Source: Opitutales bacterium
GTDB lineage: Bacteria > Verrucomicrobiota > Verrucomicrobiia > Opitutales > JABSRG01
NCBI GenBank assembly: GCA_049599475.1
Contig: JBMYOQ010000042.1
Location: 1 to 36,026 of the forward strand
DNA length: 36,026 nt
Direction of reading: 5' to 3'
Part shown: piece by piece, positions 27,950-36,026 of the stretch
How the letters are laid out: the number at the start of each line of letters is the position of its first letter
Numbering within the stretch: the stretch's first letter is position 1
Notes under the pieces: generated by a model
The model's database searches: none
Seen by the model: the letters and a program-made list of their open reading frames with translations, nothing else
Told to the model about the DNA's origin: nothing
Made by a program: the position numbers and the translations under genes

Positions 27950-29139
27950 TCGAAGCTAATGCAAAAACACTTGGGCTCTTGGATCCTGGACCCGCCCTCA
28001 CACTCACCCGAGGTAAAGCACACGCCGTCACGAAAGGACACCCATGGGTGTATAGCAATCAGGTAAATGAAATCCCCAAAGACCTTCGGGCCGGCCAAAC
28101 GTGTCCACTCCAGGATACTCGAGGGCGCTTTCTAGGACACGGAATCACAAATCCAGAATCGAATATCCTTTGGCGTCGGTTCACGAGCGATATGAGCCAG
28201 ACACTCATGGATGAGACCTGGTTGGCTGGGCAAATAAAACGAGCTGTGATCAAGCGCCAATCGAACCCATTTTGCCGCATAATATGGTCTGACGCTGACA
28301 GCATTCCCGGCCTAATTGTGGATCGATTTGGCGACGTTTTGGTCGTCCAATCAGTGACTGCGGCAATCGACCTTCGCCTAGACTGGATAGCAAAATCCTT
28401 AAACGAGCTACTCCAACCTAGAGAAATCGTGTTCCGCTGCGATGCCCCGATCCGCAGCCACGAAGGTTTAGAGTCCATGGTGCGGACTCATTCGGGAAAC
28501 CCGCTTCCACCCGATTGGTATACTATCGACGGCCTCGATTATTACCTCGATTTGGAAGCCGGCCAAAAGACCGGATTTTATCTCGACCAGCGCAGTCAGC
28601 ATTCCGCTGTCGCCAAATATTCTGCAGGAAAAACAGTCCTCGACGTATGCTGCAACCAGGGAGCCTTTGCCCTCCACTGCGCCCGAGCCGGAGCCAAATC
28701 TGTGGAAGCTATCGATATCTCAGAAAGCTGTATTGAAGCTACAGAATCCAATACAGAGCGTAACCAGCTTGATATCACCACTCTTAAGGCCAATGCCTTC
28801 GACTTTTTCAAAAACCAGAACCGGAAATGGGATCTGATCATCTTGGACCCTCCCAGCTTCGCCCGAAACAGAAAATCAGTCCCGGGCGCGATGCGCGGCT
28901 ACAAAGAGCTTAATCTGAGGGCGCTCCAATCGCTAAATCCAGGCGGCATCCTGGCAACCTATTCGTGCTCTCATCACGTGCACGAACACGAGTTCTTCAA
29001 AATAGTCTCTGAAGCCGCAGCCGACGCTCGTAAGAATATGCAAATCCTGGAATGGGCGCACCAGCCACTAGATCACCCGGTTTTGCTGAATTTCCCAGAA
29101 AGCCAGTATTTAAAAGGCCTCATACTGCAACTTCCCTAA
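27946..29139 (+). CDS. rlmI: RlmI-like class I SAM-dependent rRNA methyltransferase (PUA domain)
   Basis: GHPWVYSN, DSIPGLIVDRFG, GQKTGFYLDQR, LDPPSFAR, YSCSHH, DHP...PESQYLKG. Confidence 0.85.
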   Translation: MIEANAKTLGLLDPGPALTLTRGKAHAVTKGHPWVYSNQVNEIPKDLRAGQTCPLQDTRGRFLGHGITNPESNILWRRFTSDMSQTLMDETWLAGQIKRAVIKRQSNPFCRIIWSDADSIPGLIVDRFGDVLVVQSVTAAIDLRLDWIAKSLNELLQPREIVFRCDAPIRSHEGLESMVRTHSGNPLPPDWYTIDGLDYYLDLEAGQKTGFYLDQRSQHSAVAKYSAGKTVLDVCCNQGAFALHCARAGAKSVEAIDISESCIEATESNTERNQLDITTLKANAFDFFKNQNRKWDLIILDPPSFARNRKSVPGAMRGYKELNLRALQSLNPGGILATYSCSHHVHEHEFFKIVSEAAADARKNMQILEWAHQPLDHPVLLNFPESQYLKGLILQLP

Positions 29140-29178
29140 TCACCTGATCATTACTAAAAGTTCACACCCCTCCGGAAT

Positions 29179-29814
29179 ATGCCTAATTCTCGTATCCTCT
29201 TTTTCCTGAAATACCCAGAAGCCGGACGCGTAAAGACACGCCTCGCACGATCCGTTGGCAACACCAGCGCGGAGACTGCCTTTCGCTGGATGGTAAAAAC
29301 ATGCTGGGACCGCGCCACCTCGCCCCTTTGGGATAAGCAGGTAATCGGCACACCTGACTCAAAACTCGAAGCATTCAGCGAATGGCTAAGGGGTACGATC
29401 ACTCCCCACGCCCAGCCAAGCGGAAGCCTCGGAGATCGCCTGCTAGACGGCACTCAGCATGCATTTGACGCAAAGGCCTCAAAAGTTCTCTGCGTCGGCG
29501 GCGATTGCCCCACGCTAAATACCGATCATTACAAACGCGCCTTTGAGGCCCTCGAAAACCACGATCTTGTCCTATTTCCAGCTCTCGATGGCGGATATGT
29601 ACTCATCGGATTCAAACAACCTCAGCCACAACTTTTCAGCGAAATCGCCTGGTCCACTCACCTTGTATTCAACCAGACTCTCGAAATAGCTGAGGCCGCC
29701 GGACTCTCTGTCTGGGTCGGCGAAACCCTTCCAGATATCGATACTATTGAGGACTGGGAAGAGTCCGTCGCCCCCCATTTTCCAGATGCCCCCTCCTTAA
29801 ACGCCCATGCATGA
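29179..29814 (+). CDS. DUF2064/TIGR04282-type glycosyltransferase A (nucleotide-diphospho-sugar transferase fold)
   Basis: KYPEAGRVKTRLA, Q..GSLGDRL, GGDCP, PALDGGYVLIG, IAWST, DIDTIED. Confidence 0.85.
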   Translation: MPNSRILFFLKYPEAGRVKTRLARSVGNTSAETAFRWMVKTCWDRATSPLWDKQVIGTPDSKLEAFSEWLRGTITPHAQPSGSLGDRLLDGTQHAFDAKASKVLCVGGDCPTLNTDHYKRAFEALENHDLVLFPALDGGYVLIGFKQPQPQLFSEIAWSTHLVFNQTLEIAEAAGLSVWVGETLPDIDTIEDWEESVAPHFPDAPSLNAHA

Positions 29815-30805
29815 CCTGCTCCCCACCCTCTGCAGCTGGGTCGAACGCTGCGAACCCCTGGCACTCGCCACAGTTATAAAAACAAGCGGATCTTCACCGC
29901 GCCCCGTCGGATCGATATTAGCGGTAGACAGCCGAGGCAACAGCATCGGAAGCGTCAGCGCTGGATGCGTAGAAGCTCACGTGATCGAGCGTTGTGAGGC
30001 CGCCCTTGAGACCGGAAAATCCGAGCTGTGCACCTTTGGTTCCGCCCTTCCCGATGAACCAAGCATTTGGGATATCGGCCTATCCTGCCACGGTCAAATG
30101 GAGATCCTCATTACCCGGGTGAACCCAGACGACGCAGCCTTCAAGTCCTGGCTTACGGGAGCCACAGAGGATACCGAGGCCATATACTGGCAACCACGCA
30201 AGGATACAGATCTCCCCGTTTTCGACACAAAATTGGACGCAGCTCTCCACAAGACTCACTTTCCAGTCCAAAACCCAAGCCCTGACAAACTACTTATATT
30301 TGGAGCAAACCACATAGCTGCTCCACTCATAAGCTTCGCTAAAACACTCGGAATGAGCACATACCTCATCGATCCTCGCGATGCGTTCACTCACGACGAG
30401 CGTTTCCCGGATCGGCCCCACTTTTTAATGAAGAAATGGCCCTCCGACTGCAAAGATGAGCTCCCCCTGACTCCCAGGACCTACACCGTCCTCCTGAGTC
30501 ACGACCCAAAACTCGACGACGATGCTCTGGCCTTTCTCCTAGAGTCACCAGTGGCCTATATCGGTGCCCTGGGCAGTCGCAGCACGCAGGCCCAACGCCG
30601 CGAAAGCCTCGAGGCAAATGGTTTTTCCGACGAGCAAATTAAGAGAATTTACGGTCCCGTCGGACTCGATATAGGAGCTCAAACCCCTGCGGAAATCGCC
30701 ACAAGCATCATCGCTCAAATCGTATCTGCAAAACGCGGAGGGGCTCGCTGGAATGATTCTACGCCTTCGCCCAAATCCTCATGCGCATCGCCCTCATCGT
30801 CCTAG
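29807..30805 (+). CDS. xdhC: XdhC/CoxI-family molybdenum hydroxylase accessory protein
   Basis: LATVIKTSGSSPRPVGS, GSVSAGCVE, GLSCHG, IDPR, SHDPKLDD, YIGALGSR, GPVGLDIGAQTPAEIA. Confidence 0.92.
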   Translation: MHDLLPTLCSWVERCEPLALATVIKTSGSSPRPVGSILAVDSRGNSIGSVSAGCVEAHVIERCEAALETGKSELCTFGSALPDEPSIWDIGLSCHGQMEILITRVNPDDAAFKSWLTGATEDTEAIYWQPRKDTDLPVFDTKLDAALHKTHFPVQNPSPDKLLIFGANHIAAPLISFAKTLGMSTYLIDPRDAFTHDERFPDRPHFLMKKWPSDCKDELPLTPRTYTVLLSHDPKLDDDALAFLLESPVAYIGALGSRSTQAQRRESLEANGFSDEQIKRIYGPVGLDIGAQTPAEIATSIIAQIVSAKRGGARWNDSTPSPKSSCASPSSS

Positions 30806-31422
30806 CGGCAGGCAAGAGTTCGCGAACGGGCTCACTCGGACGCAAGCCCCTCCTTCCCTGGCCAAACGGGCCGGGTTCATTACTCGGAGCTGTCCTAGAA
30901 AACTACAAAGACGCACATCATTGGCACGATGCGGTAGTCGTCCACCGTGACGACACCCCCATCTATCAACGCATAGTTAAGGATGCAGGCTCCCTTTATC
31001 GCAGCATCACAAACTCAAATGAAAACGCAGCCCTCAGCGATAGCCTAAGACTAGGCCTGAATTCGATAAGTAAAGCGAGTGAAGGAGCCCTCGTCGCCCT
31101 CGGAGATATGCCCTTCGTGAACCAATCCACGATCCAAAAAATACTCGAATCCGCCGATCCCGAAAAAATAGTCCAACCCCGGGTCTTTGATAAACCAGCC
31201 AACCCCGTATTTTTCCCAAGTAAATTCTTCGAAGCCCTCAGAACAAGCACCGGAGACAAAGGCGGTCGAGAGATCATAAAAAACAACCCGCAGCACGTCA
31301 CAACGATCGAATTCACCGAGCCTCAAATCTTCCAAGACATCGACACCCCCGAAGATTACTCAAAGGCAATCGCTCAACTGACCCAGCTGCCCAAGCTTTC
31401 ATCCTTCATCCCTCATCCTTAA
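30781..31422 (+). CDS. mocA: MobA/MocA-like nucleotidyltransferase (molybdenum cofactor cytidylyltransferase-like)
   Basis: [11 protein letters not shown]-x-LL, SLRLGL, LGDMP, NPVFF, GDKGGR, DIDTPED; overlaps xdhC. Confidence 0.8.
   Translation: MRIALIVLAAGKSSRTGSLGRKPLLPWPNGPGSLLGAVLENYKDAHHWHDAVVVHRDDTPIYQRIVKDAGSLYRSITNSNENAALSDSLRLGLNSISKASEGALVALGDMPFVNQSTIQKILESADPEKIVQPRVFDKPANPVFFPSKFFEALRTSTGDKGGREIIKNNPQHVTTIEFTEPQIFQDIDTPEDYSKAIAQLTQLPKLSSFIPHP
31398..31418 (+). repeat. Three tandem heptamers (TTCATCC TTCATCC CTCATCC) at the 3' end of mocA
   Basis: Read directly from the sequence; they encode most of the SSFIPHP tail. Confidence 0.7.
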
Positions 31423-31427
31423 CAGAT

Positions 31428-31493
<66 letters not shown>

Positions 31494-31539
31494 AACCGGA
31501 ACACCCACGGGTGAAAGTGCCGCGTCGGGCTCAACGCAG

Positions 31540-31625
31540 TGGTGCCCAGGGCGGGACTTGAACCCGCACGGCCTTGCGGCCAAGGGATTTTAAATCCCCA
31601 GTGTCTACCATTCCACCACCTGGGC
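31540..31625 (-). tRNA. tRNA-Leu(TAA)
   Basis: Reverse complement GCCCAGGTGGTGGAATGGTAGACACTGGGGATTTAAAATCCCTTGGCCGCAAGGCCGTGCGGGTTCAAGTCCCGCCCTGGGCACCA has a 7-bp acceptor stem, anticodon TAA, a long variable arm, GGTTCAA T-loop and encoded CCA. Confidence 0.97.
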
Positions 31626-31761
31626 CGGTGAGAAAGATCCTCGACTCAATGAACGAGTGAGCGACAGAGCAAGTTTCTTTTACACCTGCCCAGCTTTGAG
31701 CCCACAACTATAGGATGTCTTTTCGGAGTGATCTGTGCTAGATGCTCTCTTGGGTTTATCT

Positions 31762-34700
31762 ATGAATAAAAAGCAGCTCTCTCTCTGCCTGCTGTTTCTC
31801 TTTGCGGGCGTACTCTTTCTGAACCTTTTTCAGATCTCACTAAATTTCTCATCTGAGGACGACACATCCTCGGACAAGGGAGATGTTGCGACATCTTTAA
31901 CGGGTGCCGTTTCTGAGGCTCAGGATGCCCTTGCCACAAACCGCGTAGATCTCCATCAGGCATTGAATGAAGCGCGCCGCCGCATTCGCCCACTCACCGA
32001 ATATCAAGCGACTCTAGAGGAGAATCAAGGGGCTGCGTTTGCGGCGTCGACCCTAGACCAAAGACTCCGCGCACGTTTTTTGGAAAACGGCGGCCTCGCA
32101 CTGCTTTCTGGGTTTTCGGACCACAATTGGCGCGCCGAAATGAATCTCGATATTGAGACACTCGGTGTCTACGGCATGCAAGCAAACGGCTCGGAGCTCG
32201 TAGTCGATCACGGTAATTTGGAAGCCTTTTATAAGAATCGAAATGACGGCCTGGAACATGGATTCACCATCAAAGAAAAAGTTGAAGCTTTGATCGAAGC
32301 AGACACTGGAGACCTGGTAATCCCCATGAGTCTCGATGGAGTACAAGCGGAGTATTTGCCCAACTCAGAAGGCGCTGCAGATCTACAATTCGTGAATGGA
32401 GACGGTAATGCAGTCGTCGCATACACAGGCCTCAAGGTATGGGATTCCGCCGATAACGTTCTTGCAGCCTCGATGCACCCCACACCTGCCGGGTTTGCGA
32501 TTCACGTAGATGATTCCAGAGCCCAGTATCCGATACACATCGACCCCTTGATTGCCTCTTTAGAAACGAAACTCGGACCGAACATCACAGGCAGCGGTAA
32601 CCGCAGCGATACCTTTGGCCTCGCCGTGAGCATCCTCGGAAACGTCGCGGCCGTGGGTGCACCCAGCGATGACGACTTGGGCAGCGAAAGCGGCAGCGTA
32701 TATGTATTTCGCAACACCGGAAATCAATGGGTGGAGGAGCAAAAGCTGATCGCCAGCGACGGAGCGGCTCAAGGCCTCTTTGGTGCCTCAGTTGGCGTCC
32801 TCAATGGCAGTATACTGATCGGAGCACCCGGATCCAGTGATTCAAACGACCGCATCGGTAAGGTTTACGCCTTCGACTTCGATGGCAACAACTGGATCGA
32901 GTCAGCAAAAGTTGCTCCGTCCTTCTGGGAAACATATAGCGGTTTGGGTCGAACAATGAGCCTTCTAGGCGACAAAGCCTTGATCGGTGCGCCCGATGGC
33001 GACGAAGGGGGGCTTGCGTTCCTGTTCGAGCGTTCCGATGGGCAGTGGAAACAAGCTGAAAAACTCTCAGGAGATACCGAAAGCGGAGATCTTTTTGCAC
33101 AATCAGTCAGCCTGAGCGCCTCTACCATCTTGATCGGAGCCCCTAATGACGACGATGAAGGCAGCAACGCGGGCGCAGTCTATGTCTTTAGCTTAGATAA
33201 CGATGTCTGGGGCTTTACTCAGAAGCTGACTGCGAGTGATGCCGCACTCGGAGATAATTTTGGGCAGTCGGTAAGCGTTTCAGGAAATTTGGCTATCATC
33301 GGGGCACTCGATGCGGGAATCGAATTGGGCGGACGCACCTACGCATTTTCCTTAGACCAAGGAACCTGGTCTGAAGATCAGATTTTATCCGTGGCGGGCA
33401 TCACAGACCTTTCATTTTTTGGCCGTTCCGTCGCACTATCGAGTGGTTATGCATTCGTGGGTGCCTATGGTGACGATTCGGTTTACGTCTTCGAACGTAC
33501 GGGAAATAGCTGGAACGAAGCCCAGACCCTGAGCGGTCCAGAAGGCAGTAGCTTCGGATTCTCTCTCGGATTCGACGGGACAAGTCTAATCATCGGCGCA
33601 GATCGGGAGGATACTGTTTGGACCGATAGTGGACGCAGTTACATCTACACATTCGATGGTTCCGACTGGTCTGAGGACGCGGCGATTGATGCCGGTGAAG
33701 GAGGAAACTCCACCGTCTTTGGTTCTTCAATTAGCCTCCAGGGGGACCTCGCAGCCATCGGCGCCAAAGACGACCACGACAACGGCCTCTCGAGTGGAGC
33801 CGTCTATATATTTCGACAATCTGGAGGCACGTGGTCAGAGGAAGCGAAACTTCTCGCGAGCGATGGTGCAGCATCCCATGAGTTTGGCTTCGCAGTAGCG
33901 CTCGATACAGACACCGTTTTAATCGGAGACCCCTATGATAGTGTAATCGATACACGCAACGGGAGTGCATTCGTGTTCGTCTACGACAATGGCATCTGGA
34001 CAGAACAACAGAAACTGGTTGCCAGCGACGGAGCTCCCAACGACTTCTTCGGAAACTCAGTGGCAATTGAAGACGATTATGCCCTAGTCGGCGCACGGGC
34101 AGATGACCCCGCGGGCATCAACAGTGGTAGCATTTATGCCTTTACGCGAAACGTGGATACGTGGAGTCAGTCACAGAATTTTGCCCCGATCGACGTCGCC
34201 GCTTACGATGAGTTTGGATTTTCACTAGCAATCGATGGAGTCTACGCTGTCATCGGTTCCTATCGTGACGATCCCAGCGAAACAAACAGCGGTAGCGCCT
34301 ATGTTTATGAAAACATCGCCGGTACCTGGACAGGTCGCCGAAAACTCACGGCCAGTGACGGAAGCGAATCCGACGAGTTTGGATATGCCGTCGCCATCGA
34401 CGGTGACACCCTGGCCATCGGGGCACCTAAATATAATTTCGATTCGGACAGCAGCCCATCAACCGGCGCCGTATATGTCTTCGAAAGGAGCGGAGACAAT
34501 TGGAATCAGCAACAGATATTGACCGACTCGACAGGCGAAAACTTAGACTATCTGGGCAATAGTGTGAGCATCTCCGGGGACACCATAGCGGCGGGAGCTC
34601 CGCGCTCAGATTCAGAATTTTCAAACTCCGGAAGCTTCATTATTTTCGAATTCGATCAGAACACTTGGAACGAACGCTACAAAGTATCAGCCGAGGATCC

Positions 34701-35421
34701 CGACGAAGAGGGTAGATTTGGCGAGACCCTAGCGCTAGACGGTTCAAACTTGCTCGTGGGCTCACCAAAATCATCAGGCACGGATCTCTATGGTGCAGAA
34801 ACCCTGTCTCAGGGCGCGGTGTATGCCTACACCTTGGGGGATGGCTACACCCTCATCGTAGCGACTGTGGGCCAGGGGAATACAGACCCATCGGGCAGTG
34901 GCGGACAGATCTCTGGAGCCCTCGTGAGCGTGACAGCAACGCCCGAGAATGGCTATCGATTTGAAGCATGGTCGGGAGATTTCAGCGGAAATACCAACCC
35001 ACTCGAATTCAATATGACCCAAGACTATACGATCGTCGCGACCTTTGTAGAAGATACGAATGACGAAGATGGAGACGGTCTTACCAATTTCCGCGAGGCA
35101 GTTATCTTCAATACAAATCCAAATCTTCGAGATAGTAATGGTGACGGCTTCGAAGATGGACTGCTCGTAGAAGCGAATTTCGACCCAAATGTCGACTACG
35201 GAGCGCTTCGAGAAATCATTGAATCACAGCTGGAAGACGCGCGGGTCGGATCAGTCACCATCGATGTTGTGGATGATAAAGTGGTCCTCCAACTACAGAT
35301 TGAGCGAAGCAGCGACTTATTGCAGAGCTGGACTGCGGCCCCCGAAGATATTGTCGAGATTGAGCTACCGATCAGCGCAGGCCGCGAGTTTTTCCGATTC
35401 GGTATTCCACCTCAAAACTAA
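31762..35421 (+). CDS. Large secreted/surface FG-GAP (integrin-alpha-like beta-propeller) repeat protein
   Basis: N-terminal hydrophobic anchor, a beta-rich N-domain ending YPIHIDP, 14 FG...GA[P] repeats, an InlB B-repeat-like segment (TATPENGYRFEAWSGD), DxDGDG calcium-binding-type motifs and a C-terminal SSDL..W...FFRF tail. ATG 31762 preferred over GTG 31735. Confidence 0.88.
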   Translation: MNKKQLSLCLLFLFAGVLFLNLFQISLNFSSEDDTSSDKGDVATSLTGAVSEAQDALATNRVDLHQALNEARRRIRPLTEYQATLEENQGAAFAASTLDQRLRARFLENGGLALLSGFSDHNWRAEMNLDIETLGVYGMQANGSELVVDHGNLEAFYKNRNDGLEHGFTIKEKVEALIEADTGDLVIPMSLDGVQAEYLPNSEGAADLQFVNGDGNAVVAYTGLKVWDSADNVLAASMHPTPAGFAIHVDDSRAQYPIHIDPLIASLETKLGPNITGSGNRSDTFGLAVSILGNVAAVGAPSDDDLGSESGSVYVFRNTGNQWVEEQKLIASDGAAQGLFGASVGVLNGSILIGAPGSSDSNDRIGKVYAFDFDGNNWIESAKVAPSFWETYSGLGRTMSLLGDKALIGAPDGDEGGLAFLFERSDGQWKQAEKLSGDTESGDLFAQSVSLSASTILIGAPNDDDEGSNAGAVYVFSLDNDVWGFTQKLTASDAALGDNFGQSVSVSGNLAIIGALDAGIELGGRTYAFSLDQGTWSEDQILSVAGITDLSFFGRSVALSSGYAFVGAYGDDSVYVFERTGNSWNEAQTLSGPEGSSFGFSLGFDGTSLIIGADREDTVWTDSGRSYIYTFDGSDWSEDAAIDAGEGGNSTVFGSSISLQGDLAAIGAKDDHDNGLSSGAVYIFRQSGGTWSEEAKLLASDGAASHEFGFAVALDTDTVLIGDPYDSVIDTRNGSAFVFVYDNGIWTEQQKLVASDGAPNDFFGNSVAIEDDYALVGARADDPAGINSGSIYAFTRNVDTWSQSQNFAPIDVAAYDEFGFSLAIDGVYAVIGSYRDDPSETNSGSAYVYENIAGTWTGRRKLTASDGSESDEFGYAVAIDGDTLAIGAPKYNFDSDSSPSTGAVYVFERSGDNWNQQQILTDSTGENLDYLGNSVSISGDTIAAGAPRSDSEFSNSGSFIIFEFDQNTWNERYKVSAEDPDEEGRFGETLALDGSNLLVGSPKSSGTDLYGAETLSQGAVYAYTLGDGYTLIVATVGQGNTDPSGSGGQISGALVSVTATPENGYRFEAWSGDFSGNTNPLEFNMTQDYTIVATFVEDTNDEDGDGLTNFREAVIFNTNPNLRDSNGDGFEDGLLVEANFDPNVDYGALREIIESQLEDARVGSVTIDVVDDKVVLQLQIERSSDLLQSWTAAPEDIVEIELPISAGREFFRFGIPPQN

Positions 35422-35562
35422 GACAAAGAGATCGTTCAGAAATAACGACAAATCCTCTGAGAACGCTTTTGTAGATGACCACGGATGGGGGCTCGCCGCC
35501 AAGTTGCACCATAGATCTATCCGCTTGCGTATTCCAAGGGTCCTGGTAATCAGCTTAACACA

Positions 35563-35932
35563 GGTCAGCCTGAGGCGAAGGCATTCGCTGGCGGAATTCG
35601 TTCTGCTAGAGGAAAGTCCGGACACCATAGGGCAGCATTCCCTACGAAAGTGGGGGCTCTCTTTCGGGAGAGACGGCTAGTGTCACAGAAAACAAACCGC
35701 CCTGAGCTTGTCGAAGGGTAAGGGTGAAAAGGTGAGGTAAGAGCTCACCGCGCGTCTGGGTAACCAGCGTGGCAGGATAAACCCATTGCGGTGCAAGGCT
35801 AAATAGGGGATCCGGCGGCCCGTCGTATGATCCCGGGTAAGTCGCACCTCGCTCATGCGAGGATCTCGTTCCGGCGAGATAGATAAATGAATGCCCTCGA
35901 CATAATCCGGCTTACACCGCCTCAGGCTGACC
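35563..35932 (+). ncRNA. rnpB: RNase P RNA (bacterial type A)
   Basis: GAGGAAAGTCCGG (P4 5'), ACAGAAAACAAACCGCC, GGGTGAAAAGGTGAGGTAAGAGCTCACC, GCAAGGCTAAATAGG, GGGTAAG and ATCCGGCTTA (P4 3'). Perfect 15-bp P1 between 35563-35577 and 35918-35932. Confidence 0.97.
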
Positions 35933-36026
35933 GTTTACTTTGAATAAGCCCTAAAAATTCGAATCCATTGCATTAGGGGCTGTCTTCAAATAAATCGATA
36001 AAAGCCTTGTACTATTATGGCATGGG

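Noticed and set aside
35189..35680. 163-aa ORF (and the 35365-35628 minus-strand ORF) spanning the FG-GAP gene end and rnpB
   Set aside because: They overlap a real CDS and the RNase P RNA; no protein-like features.
35938..35990. Imperfect inverted repeat after rnpB (TTTGAATAAGCCCTAA...TTAGGGGCTGTCTTCAAA) as a terminator or IS end
   Set aside because: Large loop, bulges, no U-tract and no transposase in view; cannot be assigned.
36017..36026. ATG GCA TGG G: possible start of the next gene
   Set aside because: Only three codons before the window ends.

Overview
Bacterial chromosomal window. Gene order and protein motifs suggest Verrucomicrobiota (Opitutae/Puniceicoccales-like); this is inference only. 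The left half (~0.3-18.5 kb) is an AT-richer ABC-transporter-dependent capsule locus. It holds kpsM/kpsT/kpsE/kpsD, three glycosyltransferases, a sulfotransferase, an FkbM-like methyltransferase and a minus-strand nonulosonic-acid operon. That operon runs: short NeuB-type synthase, hypothetical protein, candidate CMP-sugar transferase, CMP-sialic acid synthetase fused to an intact HAD phosphatase, secreted GH33 sialidase, GT4 with a G9 tract. Several independent clues suggest the sugar is KDN made by the 9-phosphate route and that the sialidase is a fungal-type KDNase, i.e. a capsule locus that may both make and remove KDN. This is the top finding. The right half is mostly core genome: TolC, ECF sigma/anti-sigma, an HtrA/PDZ protein lacking all three catalytic residues, accD-folC, guanine deaminase, lptG, RlmI-like methyltransferase, DUF2064-xdhC-mocA, tRNA-Leu(TAA) with a downstream duplicate of its 3' end, a 14-repeat FG-GAP surface protein and RNase P RNA. 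The same 19-nt hairpin, with a compensatory base-pair change, occurs both behind the tRNA and in P12 of RNase P RNA. All family assignments come from motifs recognised by eye; no searches were run.
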